Positions 60,257 through 64,000 of a DNA stretch of 64,000 nucleotides are shown piece by piece. The stretch covers positions 70,833-134,832 of the forward strand of contig JBDIVN010000009.1 of assembly GCA_039794365.1 (NCBI GenBank), in the 5' to 3' direction. Source of the DNA: Vampirovibrionales bacterium. Its GTDB lineage: Bacteria > Cyanobacteriota > Vampirovibrionia > Vampirovibrionales > Vampirovibrionaceae. The translations under genes and the position numbers were made by a program. Within the stretch, counting starts at the first letter, position 1. Each line of letters opens with the position of its first letter. The notes beneath the pieces were generated by a model. That model ran no database searches. It was not told the origin of the DNA and saw only the letters and a program-made list of their open reading frames with translations.

Positions 60257-61681
60257 TCAGGGGGATCGGTCCGGCAGAAGGTTTGCCAGGAAGCGTTCCG
60301 GAACCAGAATCCCCGAACCTACCGCACCTTCGGGAGCTTCCACCTGAAGGCTGGCTTCCTGGGAAAGGGTCTCCAGTTCCGGAAGAGTCAAAACCGGGTT
60401 GTGGTGAAGCTGGAGTGCAATCAGAACAGCCGCTACCGGATTGACGTAGCTGGTGCCCGTGGCCAGCCGGTTCAGGGAGGCCAGGGGGATGCTTTCGCCG
60501 CTGAGGGTCATGGTGGGTTTCCATCGGCTTCCACGGGAGGAATAGGGCGTTGGCGTATCATCGTCGTAGACGCCGGGCGTGCCGTTTTCGCTGGCGGCGC
60601 CCACACGGATGACGTGGGGACTCCAGCCCAGCATGTTCACTTGCCAGTCCGGTGTGGAGGGACGAATATCCTGCGGCAGGGCGCAATGCTCGTTGCCGAT
60701 GGCTATGACGGGGAAAATTCCGGCTTCAACGGCCTGTCGGGTTGTTTCCACCCATTCGGCGAGGGCCTGCTGGACTTCGGGACGGCGAACCTGCTCGTCC
60801 ACGAAATCCACCCGCTCCTGCCGGCGCCTGTCAGAACCCCTGTTGTAATGTTCGGCAAGGATGACACCAATGGACATGTTGACGACCAGCGGTTGCCGGA
60901 TGTCTTCATGCGTCTTCAGGGCCATCAGGAATTTCAGCCAGTCCGTGTACTTGTAAAGATCTTCCGTAATGCCCCGGACTACGTGGTTGTCGCGGGGAAT
61001 CGCACGGGTTTCCGCCTTGAAAAATTCGGTTTCCGGAGCTTCCCGGTTTCGCGCAGGCCAGTAGCGAACCTCCGCCTGGGGAAGCAGGCCGTCTTGCTCG
61101 CTGTTGATTACCGCCTGAACCATGTCGTCATGGCTGAACATATAGGTATCCAACTGGATGATATTGTTCAGCGGAATTTCCGAAAGACCCCATTGCCGGA
61201 ATTGCCGCCTGAGATGCTCCACGGCGCTGTCTGCCTTGAGCCGGGCCAGTTCATCGGGAGATTCAATCTTTTTCTTGTAGGCCTTGACCCGCGCCCGTTC
61301 GTCATCGGTTCCCGATGGCGGAATAAAGGCATCTTCCTCTGTCTCCTGGCTATCTCTGATGATGACGGGGGTATACCTCAAGGGTACCGGCATATCCGTC
61401 TGGCCTGGAATGGCGGGAGAGAAAGCGGTCATTGCCGGTGGATTCAGAGAAACCTCCGCGGAAGCGACCTTTTCCGCAAATGGAAACAGTGCGGGCAGCA
61501 GGGCAAAAAGCCGGATGAGAAAGTGCTTTTTCAGCAGGGGCATCCGGGATTGGCCCGGCGTGAACGTATCGCCACAGGCGCCTTCGCGTCCGAATGCCGG
61601 GACGATTCCGGCTGGCAATGGCCGGTCAGGCTGGTGGCAAGCAGGAAACAACCCTGCGCCCTGGAGAGGCAAAACGTTCAT
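60257..61681 (-). CDS. Divergent subtilisin-like (S8) serine peptidase with bipartite N-terminal leader
   Basis: IIQLDT (Asp), SHDD (His), VVNMSIG, IAIGNE (oxyanion Asn), ATGTSYVNP (Ser). Confidence 0.7.
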   Translation of the reverse strand: MNVLPLQGAGLFPACHQPDRPLPAGIVPAFGREGACGDTFTPGQSRMPLLKKHFLIRLFALLPALFPFAEKVASAEVSLNPPAMTAFSPAIPGQTDMPVPLRYTPVIIRDSQETEEDAFIPPSGTDDERARVKAYKKKIESPDELARLKADSAVEHLRRQFRQWGLSEIPLNNIIQLDTYMFSHDDMVQAVINSEQDGLLPQAEVRYWPARNREAPETEFFKAETRAIPRDNHVVRGITEDLYKYTDWLKFLMALKTHEDIRQPLVVNMSIGVILAEHYNRGSDRRRQERVDFVDEQVRRPEVQQALAEWVETTRQAVEAGIFPVIAIGNEHCALPQDIRPSTPDWQVNMLGWSPHVIRVGAASENGTPGVYDDDTPTPYSSRGSRWKPTMTLSGESIPLASLNRLATGTSYVNPVAAVLIALQLHHNPVLTLPELETLSQEASLQVEAPEGAVGSGILVPERFLANLLPDRSP

Positions 61682-61800
61682 GAACCCTTCGAACCCAAAA
61701 ATTCCACTTGAGGCAGTCATTGTAACAAAAAAAGAAACAGGCATGAATTGTCCTGTTCCGGTTGAATATTAAGCCGAATATGAAAACCGGAAATGCGAAA

Positions 61801-62370
61801 TTAGAACTTGACGGGCAGCGGGAGTCTGAAGCCCGCGGCGGAAAAAATGTTACCGATGGCGTTCAGGCTTTCTCCAAGGGTATATTCCCGTTCAGGCCGG
61901 CCATTTTTTCGTATGGCGTGCAGGGGGGAAACGCCTGGCTCCGGCGTAAAGCGGCGAAGCTGGACATACCGGTGATGTTCCTGCGGCGATAGCACCGTCC
62001 GCCCGATTTGAACGAATCCTTCACGCCGGGCGGCGCTGATGCCCAGGATGGCGTTGGGCGTGCCGTCGGAGGAAAACAGGCTGAGGTTGCTGCCGTTGTG
62101 CTCTCCCTCATCATGGGTGGTCAGGGCGAAAACCGGTTTTTCACGGCGGGTCATGGTGAAGGAGTCCCCATCGAAACTGTAGCGGGTCTGACCGTCGGCG
62201 GATTTCAGCTGTACGCCTGATTCATCTGCCGCCAGGATTCCCTGGACCTCTCCCTTGGGAGACACCAGCCGGATTTCCGTGGCGGTGACGGGACCCGGTT
62301 TCTCAATATATCCGAATCGTGGACGGATGTTATAGATCGCAAGCGAATTCAGCGGCAGGGATGTTTCCAT
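61801..62370 (-). CDS. Hypothetical protein with N-terminal PRFG motif
   Basis: AGGAGG RBS; beta-strand-rich body; no recognised domain. Confidence 0.65.
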   Translation of the reverse strand: METSLPLNSLAIYNIRPRFGYIEKPGPVTATEIRLVSPKGEVQGILAADESGVQLKSADGQTRYSFDGDSFTMTRREKPVFALTTHDEGEHNGSNLSLFSSDGTPNAILGISAARREGFVQIGRTVLSPQEHHRYVQLRRFTPEPGVSPLHAIRKNGRPEREYTLGESLNAIGNIFSAAGFRLPLPVKF

Positions 62371-62440
62371 AAGCCCGTGTTTCCTCCTGTGGTGGATAAC
62401 TCCAGGCTATGACAACTCCTTGACGTTTTTGTGAACAGGT

Positions 62441-63937
62441 CTAGTTAAAGCTTTTCAGGCGGATTTCGCGTGCCCGAAGCCGAAACCGGGAGGCCTCGTC
62501 GATACGGCTTGTGCGTTCGTATATGTTGGCCAGATCCTCCAGTATTTCGGCAGTCATGGGATGCTCATCCTCTTCCGAGGGGTCCCCGTATATCATCAGG
62601 GCCTGCTTGTAGTGCCGTTCGGCCTGGGCGTCCAGCTCCTGGACGGCGTAGACTTTTCCCAGCCCGCTATGTGCCGCCCCCAGCCGGATGGGGTCCGGAA
62701 TCTTCTGGTTTTCCTGGAATGCCAGGAGCCGCATATACAAAAGGATGGCATCGTCATAGGCTCCCTGTTCCCGGTGAAGCTCCGCCAGGCTCTGGACGAC
62801 ATGCTCGAAATCCGGATGACCTGTCCCCATCGTGCTGTCCATAATAGAGAGGGTTCGGAAGTAGTAGGGGCGGGCGGCATCGTGATCCTGGCGGACGTGG
62901 TGAAGCCGGGCCAGCAGCAGGGTGATCTCGGCAACGTCGGGATGGCCCTTTCCGAGGAGATCCTCGCGGATGGCCAGCGAGCGCTCCAATAGCGGCAAGG
63001 CCCGGTGTTCCCGTCCCTGCCTGATGTAAAGATCTCCCAGCAGTTTCAGATCCTGGGCCATTGGGAGGTTTTCTCCGCCGATGTATTTTTCGTCAATGCT
63101 CATCGCCTGCTGAAAAACGGGTTCCGCTGCCGCCAGCCGGCCCTGGTGAACCATCAGCTGTCCCAGGTGCCTGAGATCGCCGGAAAGCGTCTCGTAGTGC
63201 TCGCTGATGTTCTTTTCCTGGGCCTGGATGGATCTTTGAAGCAGAGGCTCGGCTTCGGAAAAGTTCCCCCGGCGTCGGTGGACATCGGCGAGCGTTCGGA
63301 TCACGGGAAGGGTATGCAGGCTTGTCAGGCCGTTTTTTCGCTCGGAGATCCGGAGGGCTTCCTTCAGCAGCGGAATGGCCTCCTCGTCCCGCGCCAGATC
63401 GATATACAGGCATGCCAGCCGGTGCAGGCTTTCCATTCGCTCCATGCTGTTTTTCCCCAGCCGGGTTTCCTTCAGGCGAATGGCGCGTTTATACAGGGGA
63501 ATGGCTTTTTCGTACTGTCCGTCCGCCCGATGCAGGTCGCCCAGAAGATCCAGGAGCCTGGCGGCTTCCGCTTCATGATTCCCCTCGCGCTCATAGAGGG
63601 TGAGCGCTTTCAGGAAGGCGCTTTGGGCGTGCATATAATTGCCTTTAAGGGCTTCGATCCGCCCCAGGCCGGTCAGGGGGCCAGCCAGAAGAACCGGTGG
63701 GCGGTCCGGTTTTTCCGCCTCCATGAGCGCCAGTTGGAAGGCATCTCTTGCCTTTTGCAGGCTGTCTTCCTGAAGCGCCTTTTCGCCGGCCTTCATGTAC
63801 TGCTCCCAGGGCGTAGCATGATTGGGCCGGATATCGCAGGCGATCATGGCCATCAGGGCTGCCATAAGAAAGACACCGGGCGCCAGAAGCCCTGCTGGCG
63901 GAATAATTTTGCGTTTAAGGCAGAATGGTTTGCTCAT
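62441..63937 (-). CDS. Membrane-anchored TPR-repeat protein (kinesin-light-chain-like ~42-aa TPRs)
   Basis: GAGGAG RBS before ATG 63937; hydrophobic anchor; repeated A..L..RAL.I.E..LG..HP units. Confidence 0.85.
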   Translation of the reverse strand: MSKPFCLKRKIIPPAGLLAPGVFLMAALMAMIACDIRPNHATPWEQYMKAGEKALQEDSLQKARDAFQLALMEAEKPDRPPVLLAGPLTGLGRIEALKGNYMHAQSAFLKALTLYEREGNHEAEAARLLDLLGDLHRADGQYEKAIPLYKRAIRLKETRLGKNSMERMESLHRLACLYIDLARDEEAIPLLKEALRISERKNGLTSLHTLPVIRTLADVHRRRGNFSEAEPLLQRSIQAQEKNISEHYETLSGDLRHLGQLMVHQGRLAAAEPVFQQAMSIDEKYIGGENLPMAQDLKLLGDLYIRQGREHRALPLLERSLAIREDLLGKGHPDVAEITLLLARLHHVRQDHDAARPYYFRTLSIMDSTMGTGHPDFEHVVQSLAELHREQGAYDDAILLYMRLLAFQENQKIPDPIRLGAAHSGLGKVYAVQELDAQAERHYKQALMIYGDPSEEDEHPMTAEILEDLANIYERTSRIDEASRFRLRAREIRLKSFN

Positions 63938-64000
63938 TGTTCTCCTCGTGAGTTTCCTCTTCCGGTTGGATTTCGGACAATTCCTCAAAGGCCGGTGGCA

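Overview
A GC-rich bacterial chromosome segment. Gene content and protein N-termini suggest a non-photosynthetic Cyanobacteriota (Vampirovibrionia/Melainabacteria-like), possibly predatory, host; this is inference, as no rRNA or marker gene is present. Housekeeping content: engB, fabI, nhaA, mscS, msrB, FKBP/slyD, ppc, treS-maltokinase, a complete his operon (with HisC-HAD and HisA-HisIE fusions) and an aroF-trpEGDCFBA operon. Each operon is preceded by an unannotated leader-peptide attenuator. Accessory content: a ~4,250-aa filamentous-haemagglutinin-like adhesin with a YVTN propeller tip, split by a 1-nt frameshift; a low-GC TPR/polymorphic-toxin-like block; two disordered effector-like proteins (one ending in a caspase-fold His/Cys domain); two copies of a CTAG-flanked MITE; CGTC-type REPs; a DUF486 pseudogene; and a candidate structured RNA. 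Best candidate for an undescribed system: five dispersed, unrelated proteins (M16 protease, S1/P1-type nuclease/PLC, GH144 glucanase, S8 protease, one unknown) carry non-Sec N-terminal leaders ending in P[AR]F(S)G or DxVxFSG. In the nuclease the motif directly abuts the Trp1 that this family needs as a free N-terminus, implying a dedicated leader-cleavage/export pathway. No tRNA, rRNA, CRISPR array or transposase was seen. All calls are by eye; no database searches were run.
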